Assembly (NCBI GenBank): GCA_040954595.2
Contig: CM082592.2
Span: forward strand, 2,046,001 to 2,110,000
Direction: 5' to 3'
DNA length: 64,000 nt
Source: Balanoglossus misakiensis
Taxonomy: Eukaryota > Animalia > Hemichordata
Numbering within the stretch: the stretch's first letter is position 1; every line of letters starts with the position of its first letter. This document shows positions 33,766 to 46,631 of the stretch, in pieces. The notes beneath the pieces are model-generated. The model saw nothing but the letters and a program-made list of their open reading frames with translations, did not search any database and had not been told where the DNA came from. A program made the translations under genes and the position numbers.

Positions 33766-36700
33766 AACTATTACAAGAATATTACGAGAGCCTGTGGTGT
33801 GAACAGAATTGAACGCGCAAAGGGCCATGACCTCGTTTGAACTCTCGCGTTGAGTATTCAAAAACGCAACCAGGGACAGACCACAAAATGAACGAATTCC
33901 CCATAGAATTATTTTCTGTCATAGTTAGTGGACGTAGACTATCGTCAGCCGCTTGTGTCGCTTGTAATATTTCCATGGCAATGTTTCGCGTCTCTGACGT
34001 TCGACCCAGAGGTCGCGCGCGACTTCAGCCCTCTTTGGTTGCCATAGCTGGTGATCATCCTCTGTGTACCTTAGTCTGGTCCCCTGCCCTAATCCCACCG
34101 CTGGCTGCGCTAAACTGTTTCCCTCTTTACCAGAAATATCTCAGATAAAAACACTGATACATGTACTTGTAACTGAATTCAATATGCTATATTTCCTAAC
34201 AATAACATAGGCCATTACATTTACAATTGGTGTTTGCACAACAAATTGTGGCCACCCGCGGCAGTACTAAGAATTTTGTAACGCGGAAGTAGAATATTTG
34301 CCGAGATCCAAAAAAAAAAAATTTTCCAAATCAGCCAAAGTAGAAGCGGCGATTCCGATGAACAATTTATTTTTTTCTTCCTGGCCTTCTATCAGTATTT
34401 TTAATCAACAAATATGAGCAGTACATCATTTGTACAGATGTAGCACTGACGTTGATGGGAACGAACAATTATTACAAATAAGCATACATGTACATGTATG
34501 TGCTGTTTTGAAATCCCGCCCAACCCAATTTTGTATCTGTCCGCCCAAGCTTTTCGACCTGAAAATGCGTAATTACAAAATATGAATCAGCCAAAATGCG
34601 AAAAAAATCGTTTGTCTATGCATTACAAGAAGGTTTGTTTCAGGGGAGACCAAAACAGCTGTGTTACCATCCTAATAATAAATGGCTTCGGCGAATTCTG
34701 GAGCTGACGCTGGGGTTGGCATTTTGTAATGCAGTATTTAAAGTGATTAAAGTTTTCCTTTCTTGAGGGTAGGTTTCATTGCAAAGATGTCAAGTATTAA
34801 ATTGAATGCCGTTCGGATTCAGTACATTGTATCGATAGATGGAAGTAGAACCAATTATTCTATTCCTTTACTGGTAAATAAAATGTATAGCCAGATGCAG
34901 ACCTTTTGAATAACAGTTTAATTTAGCGCCGCCAATTTTGAAAATAAGCGGATTGTCTATGTAAGCCCCTGTCCCCACCCTTTTTGGTAAAGCACGTCCC
35001 GAGACTCCGCGAGAGCGATTGCACACCCGGCCCGTCCTAACAAATTATGTACACAGTGTACGAACGGGCTCGTCCCGGTCAGCTGAGCACAGAGACACTG
35101 AAATTGGTCAGCGTTCAGTTCTGGCAAAAATGACTTCAAACACCCGAGACAGCTGATCATAACTGCATTCATTCGCCTATTTGAACGTTCAGCTGCATGA
35201 ACCACATCAAGCGTCTTGTCAGCGGATCGGAAAAAAAAAAAACAGAAATAATTATGATATTCTCCTGGTGAAAATGCAGAAGTGGTATGTCGATCGTGAC
35301 TGCAGTTCACGTTCACGACAATTAAACAAAGTATTTTCTTCTGTGTTCGTTGAGGGCGTCACGGTGAAGCTAAGTCTGTTATATCATGGCGTGATCATAT
35401 GCTGTGGGATACTTTGTTGTTCCAAGACGCCTATGCGGTGAACGGTTCCACAACAGACTGAATAGACTTTCCTTTGATGCAACCTTTGTATATCCATGTC
35501 ACTTATTCAGCGAAACAAGATACAGGGTGTTGTCGGCATTCTTTTTGAACCCATCCCAGAATAAAGGAGATTTCTGCATTTTAGTGTTTGAGTAAAAGTG
35601 TAAATGTTTGAAAATCTTCCCCTTAAAAATTGCCATCCAAAAAGCTATGTGCATTGGCTTGACTAATATTGACAAGGCATTGGGCGAAATCCATAAATCT
35701 CTATGGTAAAGCTTTCACCTGTAAATGTTTAATATTACAGCACTTTCAACACACTTCAAATCATATATGATACCATTAGGCCTATAGAATGTGAACAAAT
35801 TTCTATGAAATTTTCAGCTATATAAAGTGTTTTTGACTTGGAGGCTTAGAATACCACAGGATCGCTCCCACTGTGCTTTTATTGTGTGTTTTATTGTGTG
35901 TGCTCAAAGATAACATCCCAACACTAATCCTAACCGTTGATTACACCCTAACCCTAACCATTTGATATGCCCTAACATGTCAACAAACAAACGTGACCAT
36001 ATTTGTATGTTTATTATGCCAATCAATAACACCAAACAAACATTTGAATATACCCTAACATTTTATTATGACAATCAATAACAACACACACACACACACA
36101 CACGAGCGTGTGCACACCCCCCCCCACCCACACACACACACACACACCCCCACCCACACACACACACAATAAAAGCATGGAGGTAGCGCCCCTGTGATAA
36201 TACAGCGTGATCAGATCCTGAATGCAGACTGGGGCAAGACAGTTGATAGCTTTGTATAAATTTGCAGTCAAGTCTTTGTCAACTGGCAAGCAATGGAGAC
36301 TACAAAGAACTGGTGACAGATTCTCATTTAGCAAATAACTGTCTCTTGTGATATCAACTAACTCAAGTCCAATATCAATATGTGAAGTGCATGATGGAAA
36401 TGTATGGGGGACTAGATACAGGCAACCGGCAAAACATCATTGTGACATCATTTCGTTTCTGATAAAACGTATAATCGAGCAGTGGTTTTCCACGACAAAA
36501 CGAGCGTCCACTCAATTTCACTTCCATGTTTCCCACAATAAACAAAGTGCAGTTGTGGAATAAAGTCAGTCATCGGACAAAGCTTAGAGTGTTCGCTCTT
36601 CGCGTAGAAACAAGCCCATTTTGTTGGATACTGTGACTATGCCCAAACTTTAAAATAATAACCATGTTGGGACATCCGCATAGAGTAATTACTTGACAGT

Positions 36701-38043
36701 GAAATGAAAACCATGGAATATTATCTATATATGACAGATTATGATGTTTCACAGAGCTGTTTTGGAATGTGTAAAGGTGAAATTCGTTCTCGTTCTGACT
36801 TCATACCTGACCCACCCATTAGTCAAATGTTGAGGGTCCTTCCACTCGGACAAGGACGTGACTTTGTGGAAGCTAGCCGACAGTTATCGCCGGGTTGTCG
36901 GATTTGTTGCCGAACCCCAACGGTACAGCTGCGTACCACAGCTAGCTCGGAGCGAGATTTTCGGTACCGAGTTGAGTTACAAATTCGGACTGAGCTGATG
37001 GTTTGGGTTACGCGATCCCATGACTTGTACACGTTCACAGACGCTAAGCTTGTTAAGAAACTATTTTGACAGAATAACGGTCAAACAAATATCACATACA
37101 CACAAATTATTCATTAAATAATCTTATTTAAATAACTCGAAAAATATAAAATGAATAAGTACAACCATTGAAAGATTCTTCTGTCTAACGGTGACCAATT
37201 AAACGACCAACAGAAAATACAACATTCCACCAAAAGATAATAGACTGACAATTAATAGTACTGGGATTTGCATGCAATAATTCTATAGCTAGCGTTAAAG
37301 TTTTCAAGGAACAGTCACGTATTACCTCACAATATTGTCCTGACGAGTTAGAAGAAGAAAAACTCCATGAAATTTCCAGCTCGAGGGTGGCGTAATCGGG
37401 GATCCATAAATAAGGGCAAATTCAAGTTCTCGAAATTCTAGAATAGACCACACAGAATACCCAAAGACCGGATCCAGGACGCCGGGTTCACATGTGATTT
37501 ACTCACGGAACTTCAATGCTCCAAGAACACTACTTTCTTGAAAGACCGCTGGAACATACGACAAGAATCCTTGATGATGGTGACGGGACGACATGTAAGG
37601 TAGTAAAGCACGAGGTCGGATGGAAACTGGTCAATGTGGCCGGAGACAACACGTGGCATAGTAACCTTTTAGAAATAACGGCGAGGCAACGTGGCAATGT
37701 ACGTTTTTTATACGACGGTGTGTTGAACAAAGGAATAAAAGTGAGGTTGACCTGGTCATTGAACCATTGGACACATGGACAACGTAACACGCTAAAAAAG
37801 CAAAACAAAACAGAACACTATTTACTTGATAACAAATCATGGCTTACACTTAGTTTTCTAGTTGCTGAATACGAGAAATGACTTAAAAATCTAAACACAT
37901 GAAGCAAATCTAGCCATATGCGTAACTTTCGGAAAATGTACAGGACGTAAGACAGAAATTGGCACATAAAAGCTTGTGGTCTTCCTGCGCTTGGCGCACA
38001 GTGCGCCCTCACGCGACCGAATCGAATCATGGGAATGGGAACA

Positions 38044-38044
<1 letters not shown>

Positions 38045-38092
<48 letters not shown>
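38045..38092 (+). repeat. (TGT)n microsatellite
   Basis: Direct reading. Confidence 0.95.
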
Positions 38093-38094
<2 letters not shown>

Positions 38095-39479
38095 CAATTA
38101 ATTACAAAACAGCTGCAGCATGAATCGCTATGAAATTGATGAGTCGTATGCCCATGGCTGTTAGTATAAATAATTAAAACAAAATGTCGAATCGTTAAAT
38201 TTATTGTGGTACTAAATGGATTTGCATGACATGCCAATTTTGTAAATGTTCATGATGGAACTCGTATGTGTTCTTGGTCAAATTCGCGACGCACAATTCT
38301 CTGGAGGTTTTTTTTACACAGAAGAAATGAACAACACCACGTGTAGAGGGCGCCATGTGTTGGAGAAGCAGTGACTAGTGCGTTCTAGTCAGTTGTTGCC
38401 GTGTTACCGCATGGGGTGTAATCTCAAGCCAGATTCTGAATAACGCATGATTTTCGATTGGCGGTACGTAGCTTTGGTAAACGATGGTTAATAGCAGAAA
38501 TGCTGCATTGTTATGACAACAGACCAGTACAAGGAATACCCCGGAACTGTTTTCTGTTTAATCTAGGTGGGAATAATATGGCAGACGTTTCACATAATAC
38601 CCATCGTTTTATTTCATTGTCACTAGTTTTTGTTATGTTCCATTTCCTAAAACAACATCATTGCGTGTGAAGTTGTAAGAGGAAATTGCTAATTATACAT
38701 TGGATTGTGAAAGTGTTAAACCAAAACGTGCAAGGAGACGCCATTACAAGTGCCTCATCTCACTAGCCATTATAATTAACCATACGAATATCAGGATGGT
38801 AATCCTTGCAATAGTAGTGGTCGCGTTCGTCACATCGTTGGAAAGAGCAGTATTGAACCAGGCTTGAAAATGTCACTTTTCGGCCTGTTGGACCCCAATA
38901 CAAACCGTTGGCAAGGCGGTCCGGACACTTTAATATTAAAAATACAACGCCATATTAAGGTATAGGATGCTATGCAGGAATTGAGATCTCTTTATTAATA
39001 ATGGAACTCAATACGTATTGACTTGTATTTTATAACGCTATTATTCGTCACGTAAACCTACCATGTTTAAAAAAATACAACTTACGTTTTAGGGGAGTTT
39101 TTAAGCATACTAAACGTTAATTGGATTTCTCAAACAATTTAACAGCTTATATCATGTCGATTAATGCAAAGTACACTGTTGTTAACTTCTTGAAGACAGA
39201 GAGGGATGTTAAAGATACGACATACACAAATCGTTTACTTACATCAACTGAACTACATATGACATGTAAGATATCGTCCTCATAAAATTCTAATGTACAT
39301 TCTAAACACTCCTCGCTTCTTTCTTCTTCTAACAAGTGTCCCTGAAATGAAAAATGCTACTCCTTATAGCATTATTTTTAAGTTCATGTTATTTTCGATA
39401 AACGATAACAACATTCAGTTACTAGACAGAGTCAGATGATATCCACACACTCTGATCGAGGCGACCAACAAGCACTCAC

Positions 39480-39649
39480 CGACGGACGGACATACAGACA
39501 AGACAGACAGGCAGAGTGAGAGACAGACAGACAGGCAGGCAGAGTGACAGACAGACAGACAGGCAGAGTGACAGACAGACAGGCAGAGTGACAGAAAGAC
39601 AGACAGACAGGCAGAGTGACAGACAGACAAACAGACAGACAGGCAGAGT

Positions 39650-39687
<38 letters not shown>

Positions 39688-39690
39688 AAC
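39480..39690 (+). repeat. (GACA)n compound microsatellite
   Basis: GACA runs punctuated by ggcagagt. Confidence 0.95.
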
Positions 39691-40814
39691 AATGTGACTA
39701 GTTCTCTTTTACTTTGGCTACGCTTAAAGGAAGACACACATACAAACCACAACAGCACGGACATCAGCCTGAATGTATGTGTCGGTCTAGACTCTCTCAC
39801 AACCCCTCTCGCCGTCCGTGCAGGCTTATGGTCTGATTGCATGTGTGCCCGACAGGGGGGGGGGGGGCGACTCATGAACGCTGCCCTCTAGTGGCTACTA
39901 AATTGACCAACCAGAGTGCGGCATTCTGGCTCACTCATATGCGCGTCTTGTCGACAGTAAAGGCTCGAAAAACCCCGTTTTTTGAACAGAATGTGATCAT
40001 CGAAATAAATCACGATCACAAATTTAGAAAGTTGCATTATGTGTGGAACACCAGACATTTTTTCCCGTATGATACTACAACCGATCATTTTCACACTTTG
40101 TCGGCCGATAAACGTAGTGCCAATGTAGGCTGATAAACACCAGTGCCGAAAGGCGGTTTTCAAACTACCGATCATTTCAAACTCTATCGATCTTTTTCAT
40201 AATAAGCCAAAGAGCGTACATGTAGTGCAGTAGCGTACCGAAAAGCCGTTTTCAAACTACCGATCTCTTTCATAATAAGCCGATAAGACGTGACCGACAC
40301 ACGATGGAGCTCCGTTTGAGCCAGACAATAGTCCCGGACACCAATACGACAAGTAGACAATTGAAAATCACCAAGAAAATATGTTTTTGTAAAAGTTAAA
40401 GTAAGGCTTCGAGGTATGAAAAGCGATATCACATCAACACGTCACGAAAATTCGACGGTCTGGAGGTAACTTCTTTCGCTTCGGTTCGGCCCAGCTATAC
40501 TGGAAACACCAGGTGCAGGAGCAGAAGAGAAATGTCTTTGACAGACACGCCATGTTTAGTTGAAGAGTTGCACCCTTGTCTTTGATCTGCCATACTCATT
40601 TGAAGGCATAATCTTGTGTCTTTCAAAAGAGCAGTAAATTATGGCAGACAGTTTGCTTAGACTTTGATATTGTGTTACCCTGTACTGCTTGTTACTTCCA
40701 CTGGACATTTCCCACAATTCAGTCTGACAATGGTTAAGGTTAGGGATGGGGTTTGTTTTCTGACATTTCTGAATTCCACTATGGAATTGTTGTAGCATGA
40801 GCATTATGTATTTC

Positions 40815-40988
40815 ATGAAACCTGTCCTTTCAAACACTCTGTATAATCAGAACACATCTCAATTAAGGACAGATATTTCAAGACAAAAGTTACAATTTGA
40901 ATAGAATAATACCTGTGTATTACCAACACCTCTCTATTAAGGACATATTTTGTCCTGAAGGTGTCCTTAATTGACATGTTTCACTTTA
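40815..40988. mobile_element. Tc1/pogo-like MITE remnant
   Basis: tgaaacctgtc ... gacatgtttca ends with repeated taaggaca/tgtcctta motifs. Confidence 0.5.
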
Positions 40989-42504
40989 TGTTCAGGTTAG
41001 AAGCATCCATTTATTAGCCAACACATCTGTGACCTACAACAAATGCATGCTATGTCTTGTACTCACAGCCCCTCAGGGTAAAAAATAATAATTATGATCA
41101 GGCAAAATGTATTCTTTATTGGAGCAAAAATAGCCACATTGTTGTTCAAAATAGAAACTTAATTGATATCACTCTAATTTTGTGATGCTGGTATTTCAGT
41201 GTACTGAATGTTGAATCATTCCAAAATCTTTGACCATGAAAACTATTAAAACACATGGAGACTAATATTTGGCTGGTACAGTTTGTGTAATGGGCACATA
41301 TCTGTATGTAAGTTGGGTAATTAATGTTTGTGTCAGTCAGTGTCCCTGTACCTGATTGACACAAGTCAAATTTGTGATGTCATCACTTGCATGTCGGGTG
41401 ACAGTGTCTCCCCAAATCTAAATGCAAAACTGAGTGAATGTTAAAAACAATAGGGTGTTGTCATTTAGCGACAGACTTAGAAATGGCTCTTTTGGATTGG
41501 ATATGGTTTTGGGGTCTGTTTGTTGGAAATGATTGATAATAAATTCATTGGAAGTAATTAATATACCTTCATAGACTAGAAGACCTAATCAATATACCAT
41601 GTATGTACTGTTTCATATTTTGCGTTGATATTGTATACTGGTACGTTTCTACTTCTAGAGTTAGTATTGAAGTATACAAATATTTTATCTTGTGAGAAGG
41701 TTTTATGTCAATAAAATATCCAGAACCTTTTATTCTCACCTGTGCAATTTACAGTAAGAAATACGAAATATAGAAGCCAATTATGGTGTAAGTGACGGGA
41801 GGGGGAATTCCTCCTAAACCATAGCAAAAATTTGCGACAAACAGCAAGTGGGCGTTGTTTGGGAGACGCAATAATGGTCTCGTCTTCCTCCTGAGGAAAG
41901 ATACCAAATTTTCAAGTGTAATTTTATTACAGGACCATTTTGTGTGCAGTGAACTGAATAAGTCTGTTGTGATTTTTTTTTCAATGTCGCCACCAACGGC
42001 GGGTATGACAAATAACTAATTAATTTACATATATTGAAAACGCGTTTACATAACCAGACTAAGTAAGAAATAAAGTAAAAAATAGATAGCTGGGTTAATC
42101 CTGTGATTTGTACCAAATATCACACTGCAGAAAAAAATCAAGGCATTAATTATGGTTATACATAATCTTTTCTTGGCTTTCAGGTTGATACCTTCGGGGA
42201 AGCAGATAATTTATTCTCAATGCAAAAACCTTCCAGTTGTACGCCTTTCTTTTGTACGCCTGTTTTTGTGGATTAGCAAAGCAGATTAAGTCGGCTCGCA
42301 TATGTATGTGTGTAACAGCATTTTGATAGTGATTAGTGAAGAAAATCATGTACAATTAACATTTGAGCGACACACAGTCAGAGTTCAGTTTCATTTGCTT
42401 TTTATTCATTACTATTCATGGAAAGTAGCTACTAGTATTGGAGGTTGATTTTACTCCAATAATATTTATAGTATTGGAGGGAATCATTTCAGTAATATCC
42501 ATTC

Positions 42505-43122
42505 TCAGTCGTGGCAGCATATGGCAACAGCATAAATGTAATTGCCGTTTCCTCCATTGACCGCTATACATTCATCAGCAGCTGGAAAATAATTAAATAA
42601 CAATAATAAACTTTACACCCTGGGAAAGATAGAAATTGGAACAACACAACCTTATCGAAATATGTAACTGCGGTTTGTGTTAGCTTATGATTCAATGACA
42701 AACCCTGTAATGTACTGAACACGAAATCTATGAATATCTGGAATGTCTGAAATATTGGGAATTCACAAATATGAACTTTTCTTGTTTACATAGGGGCTTT
42801 GTGATTCTATTAAACGTCAAATTCCCAAACTTCCTTGGAAAACGCTCCTGTATTTTAAGTTGACATTTGCCTACCAGAAGGAAAAGAAAAAGTGCGAAAA
42901 ATGAAAAAAAGTGAAGAAAAATGGCGATGGTATTGGGACTGGTTCCCTATAGCATTATCAATATTTTTACCTGAAATATAGGCACCGTCGTTCACAATGT
43001 GAAAAGCGTACGAATTGCATCCTGTGAGAGTCCAACCGTGGTCACATGACACACGTGCGATGCTACCACCTCCACCATGACCTCTCGTACTCCATTTTGC
43101 TTTGCAGTGTAACCCAGGAGCA
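42505..43122 (-). CDS. Last two coding exons (42971-43122, 42505-42581) of a protein ending in a PCSK9 C-terminal (resistin-like) Cys-rich module
   Basis: Spliced peptide APGLHCKAKWSTRGHGGGGSIARVSCDHGWTLTGCNSYAFHIVNDGAYISAADECIAVNGGNGNYIYAVAICCHD*. Canonical GT-AG sites with compatible phase; AATAAA at ~42401-42406. Confidence 0.8.
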
Positions 43123-43497
43123 CTACAGTAAACAGTATGTGCCCATACTCCTGATTAAATGAGTAGAAATATTTCAACACAACTATGAAATTATTCGAAT
43201 TGAACTAATTGTGGGTGGTTTATACATGTTGGAGGATTTTTATTCTCGTCGCCAGCAATCAACATAGTTCCATCCTACGGTATAAGCCAGTGCCACGCCC
43301 CCCTTGGTTACTGTTGCTACGCCCCACAAGCTTTGAGCTTGTGGGACATTGACCTCCACAACGTAAATAAACATGGCGGGGAAACTAGATTCGTTCAGGG
43401 ATAGTCTGCGCAACGTTCCTTGCGACAGTTCTGTATGCTACCTACCAGAGTTAAAAAACATATCCAAGAAGTCACAGGAAAAGGGTCTAATTATATA

Positions 43498-43662
43498 TAT
43501 AATTCCCCCGTATTTCGAACGAGTGTGCCTGCGTCGCGGACGAGTGATTCCTTGTATAGCGGCCATATCCCCCCGAGCCGCAGGCCAGGAGGGATACAGC
43601 TATACGGGAAATCACGAGTTCGCGACGCAAACACAAAAGTGAGGAATACGGGGGAAATATAT
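43498..43662. repeat. ~165-bp imperfect palindrome
   Basis: ttcccccgtatt...aatacgggggaa arms around the centre cgagccgcaggccagg. Confidence 0.7.
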
Positions 43663-46631
43663 GTTTATCACATACATAGACCAAGTTTCCATGAAATTGA
43701 ATTCATCGTGAATTTAAAACATTTCAGCAAAAAATAGCACTATTTTAAAATGATCGACAGGTCATGTTATGAGGTCGGGGTCACAGGCAAACGAACATTA
43801 AACTGCGATCAGCTGTGGCAATGGCTGCAGTTATAACTGTAGCAGCACCAACCAATTTATTTAGGCGGACACGTTCTTGACTGATGTGGCATATCTCTTT
43901 AATGTGGCTCTCTATCGTTACATACAGACACCCGTATATACTGTTAATATAGACCAACACCGTAAGATCTGGTGAACATAAAAATCGCATCAAGGACACG
44001 GCGGTCCCATTGTGGGATTACACAAGAAAAAGTCTACACCGGAGTACATGGCCATATGGCATATACAGACAGACAAACACACACACACATAGCGAGAGAT
44101 CAATGGGCAAACACTGACTGACCCATAAGCTGCCAATGGCATATGTACTGTACATACACTAAATATAACAGCTGGCCTCTTTAAAACTTAGCCAGTTATG
44201 TAATCATTCAGGAATTTGCTGTGTAAATCAATCACACAGGGAACTTTCTGCCTAATTAAAACAACTCAATAAAGTAAATACACACAACTTTGCAAAGCAA
44301 TCTGACCAGTAATTCTTGAGTTACTGAGTTTAGACCAAATTCACATTTTTCCAGCTAATTTGCATATTTTGGCGATGACACCTTCATTTGAACAAACTCC
44401 CATCTACAGCCCAGCCTGCATCTGCACACCAAATATCAAGGTGATACACGCAACGGTTTTCAAGTTTTTGATGTGGACGGACACACAGACATACATCCAT
44501 CCATCCATCCATACATACATACATACATACAGACGCAACCGATCCCATATGGTCCCATGGTATATACCAATGGGACCTAAAAACAAGCAAAACTGCAAAA
44601 CGTCAGCAAACAGAACTGATGTATGAACGCGAAATATAGTTCAAGGCATACAGCCAACGACTGTTCATAATGTCCTTTCACTGCGATGGCGCTCAAAGCG
44701 CAACAAACAAACATATGTCCGTGTATAGGCTGAACATCACTCGATTGCGCAATGCTCTCCGCATCATGACATAAACGATGGAATAAAAACTCTTTATTAT
44801 ACACCTACTGCTGTAACCTATGGAGTTCCGTAATTCAATAATTCGCGGTATCACCGTACAATAATTATTCAAATGAGGACGCGGAGTCCCATAACCCACA
44901 GGGTTATGGGACTCCGCGTCCTCGGACTGGTGATCAATGTAAACAATGATGATATTAACCCTACTCTGACGAAAATTTATATAAAAAGTACACAGCCGTT
45001 ATTAAACAAAATTATTGGTGACCCAAGATGCGAAATAAGTCAAAATCAACGCTGAAATTTCAGTCGAAGGAATCTGTGAACGAACAGGCGAGCGCATTCA
45101 TTTCAAGTTCCAGAACGAGCTCAGCGCAAGCAGCGTAGAACGTCGCGCGCGAGACAGGCAGTTCGAAACTAGCATCACCTGATGCGCGAGGTGAAGGCGC
45201 GTTCGATATGCAAATTACATCATGGCGGCGTCTGAAAACTAGAAAGTCCGATAGCGGCCTATTTATTCTTTATCGTTCATCAAGGACGTCCGGAAATTTG
45301 TGAAACACTTTAGCAATAAAGTCATTGTTAAATATTTATATTGAAGGCGTGTCAGTTTAAAATCTAAGCGCAAATTTTATCCACCAGCTGAGACACCTCT
45401 CTCTCTGCGTTTTTGGCTTCGGAAACGGAAGAAAATACATGTATATACTCGATGTGGGGTCAAGGTACCTTTTATCCGATTTACACGTCCCCCAGGCGCA
45501 TCTCTTCACCATTCTGGCCGATATTTAAAGCCAATTAATTCCCAAAACTGAAAATAAAACTTCCAGTCTGTCTATTATGGCAAGCCAAACGTTGCAATAT
45601 TCTTGACAAACTATTTTCTTGTTGTATAATTTTATTTTTATTCTTCAATTTCACGTTTGCTTTGGTCAAATCTATATTTGTGTTCTTCAAATCTATATCG
45701 GCTTTGTTGAGTTGCGAAAGACTGGTCATTTTAATAAATCTCTCCAGCGTAGAATACAAAATCAAAGTAGAAACATAGGATAAAAATACCAATTATCGCC
45801 GCGCCAACAGTTAGAGTCAAGAAACAAATACGACGGATTATTTAGGCTATATGTACTTCAAAATATACATGATTTTTCGAGTTAAATCTGTAGATTTCTA
45901 CTCATAAAATCACATGTATAACAATGGCATTAGACTGAAAGATTAAGTCTTGTGCGGGCGCTCCAGCGCACTGCCTTCGACCCTTTACTGAAGACTCTTT
46001 GACAGTGTGTCAGAGCGCCCGCACACGACTGTATCTTTCAGTCTACGATGGCATTGGTACCTGTTATTATTGGTGGTTCCGTTTCCATAGATAAATTGAC
46101 AAAAACGCATGCGCTATAAATGTCTACGTAGTTGACGGCTCTGACAAGTATTTCGTTGGTCTCGTAGGAATTCAGGTGAAAGCCATGGACCAGGGCAAAC
46201 GTTTCTCCACCTTCAGCAACGTCGGTCCAATCAAACACTTTACCTTCCTTCCTGTGCATAATATACACTGGAATAAGTGAAAACAAAGAACAATGAACAG
46301 GGTTAATTATGAATGGTCCTGAGTGGTCTCACAGTAAAAACCAATTCCCCTAAAATCAAGAATTACCTGGTAATGCGATAGGCCGGCAATATCCTGAAAT
46401 CCTCGCCAAGAAAAATTCACTGAATTTGTTATTGACTGGTGATCTTCTCTTGTTGGATAGTGAGTTTCTGATGATGTTATTAGTTCTACGATAGCATTAT
46501 CAGCATCCGGGGCATCGGTTACTAAGGTAACGCCATCGGTCATGATCACACTTGACAATCCTATGTAATTGTGACAACGGATTGTAGAGAACAGTTTTTG
46601 TCCATGTCCAACTTGACCAGTCACATTAGCC

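Noticed and set aside
37340-37376. CTGACGAG...GAAA as a hammerhead ribozyme core (also CTGATGAG on the minus strand near 48290)
   Set aside because: The required stems and spacing to GAAA are not present.
37326-37791. Two segments with AG/GT-like borders on the minus strand
   Set aside because: No open frame across the larger segment and no recognisable protein, so I cannot support a gene call.
37818-38237. Poly-Q ORF
   Set aside because: (TGT)n microsatellite with no domain signal in the flanks.
39415-39875. CLSV/DRQT-repeat ORFs
   Set aside because: Translation of the (GACA)n microsatellite.
45535-45792. MTSLSQLNKAD ORFs here and at 55985-56272
   Set aside because: Similarity comes only from the 415-bp duplication; no family recognised.
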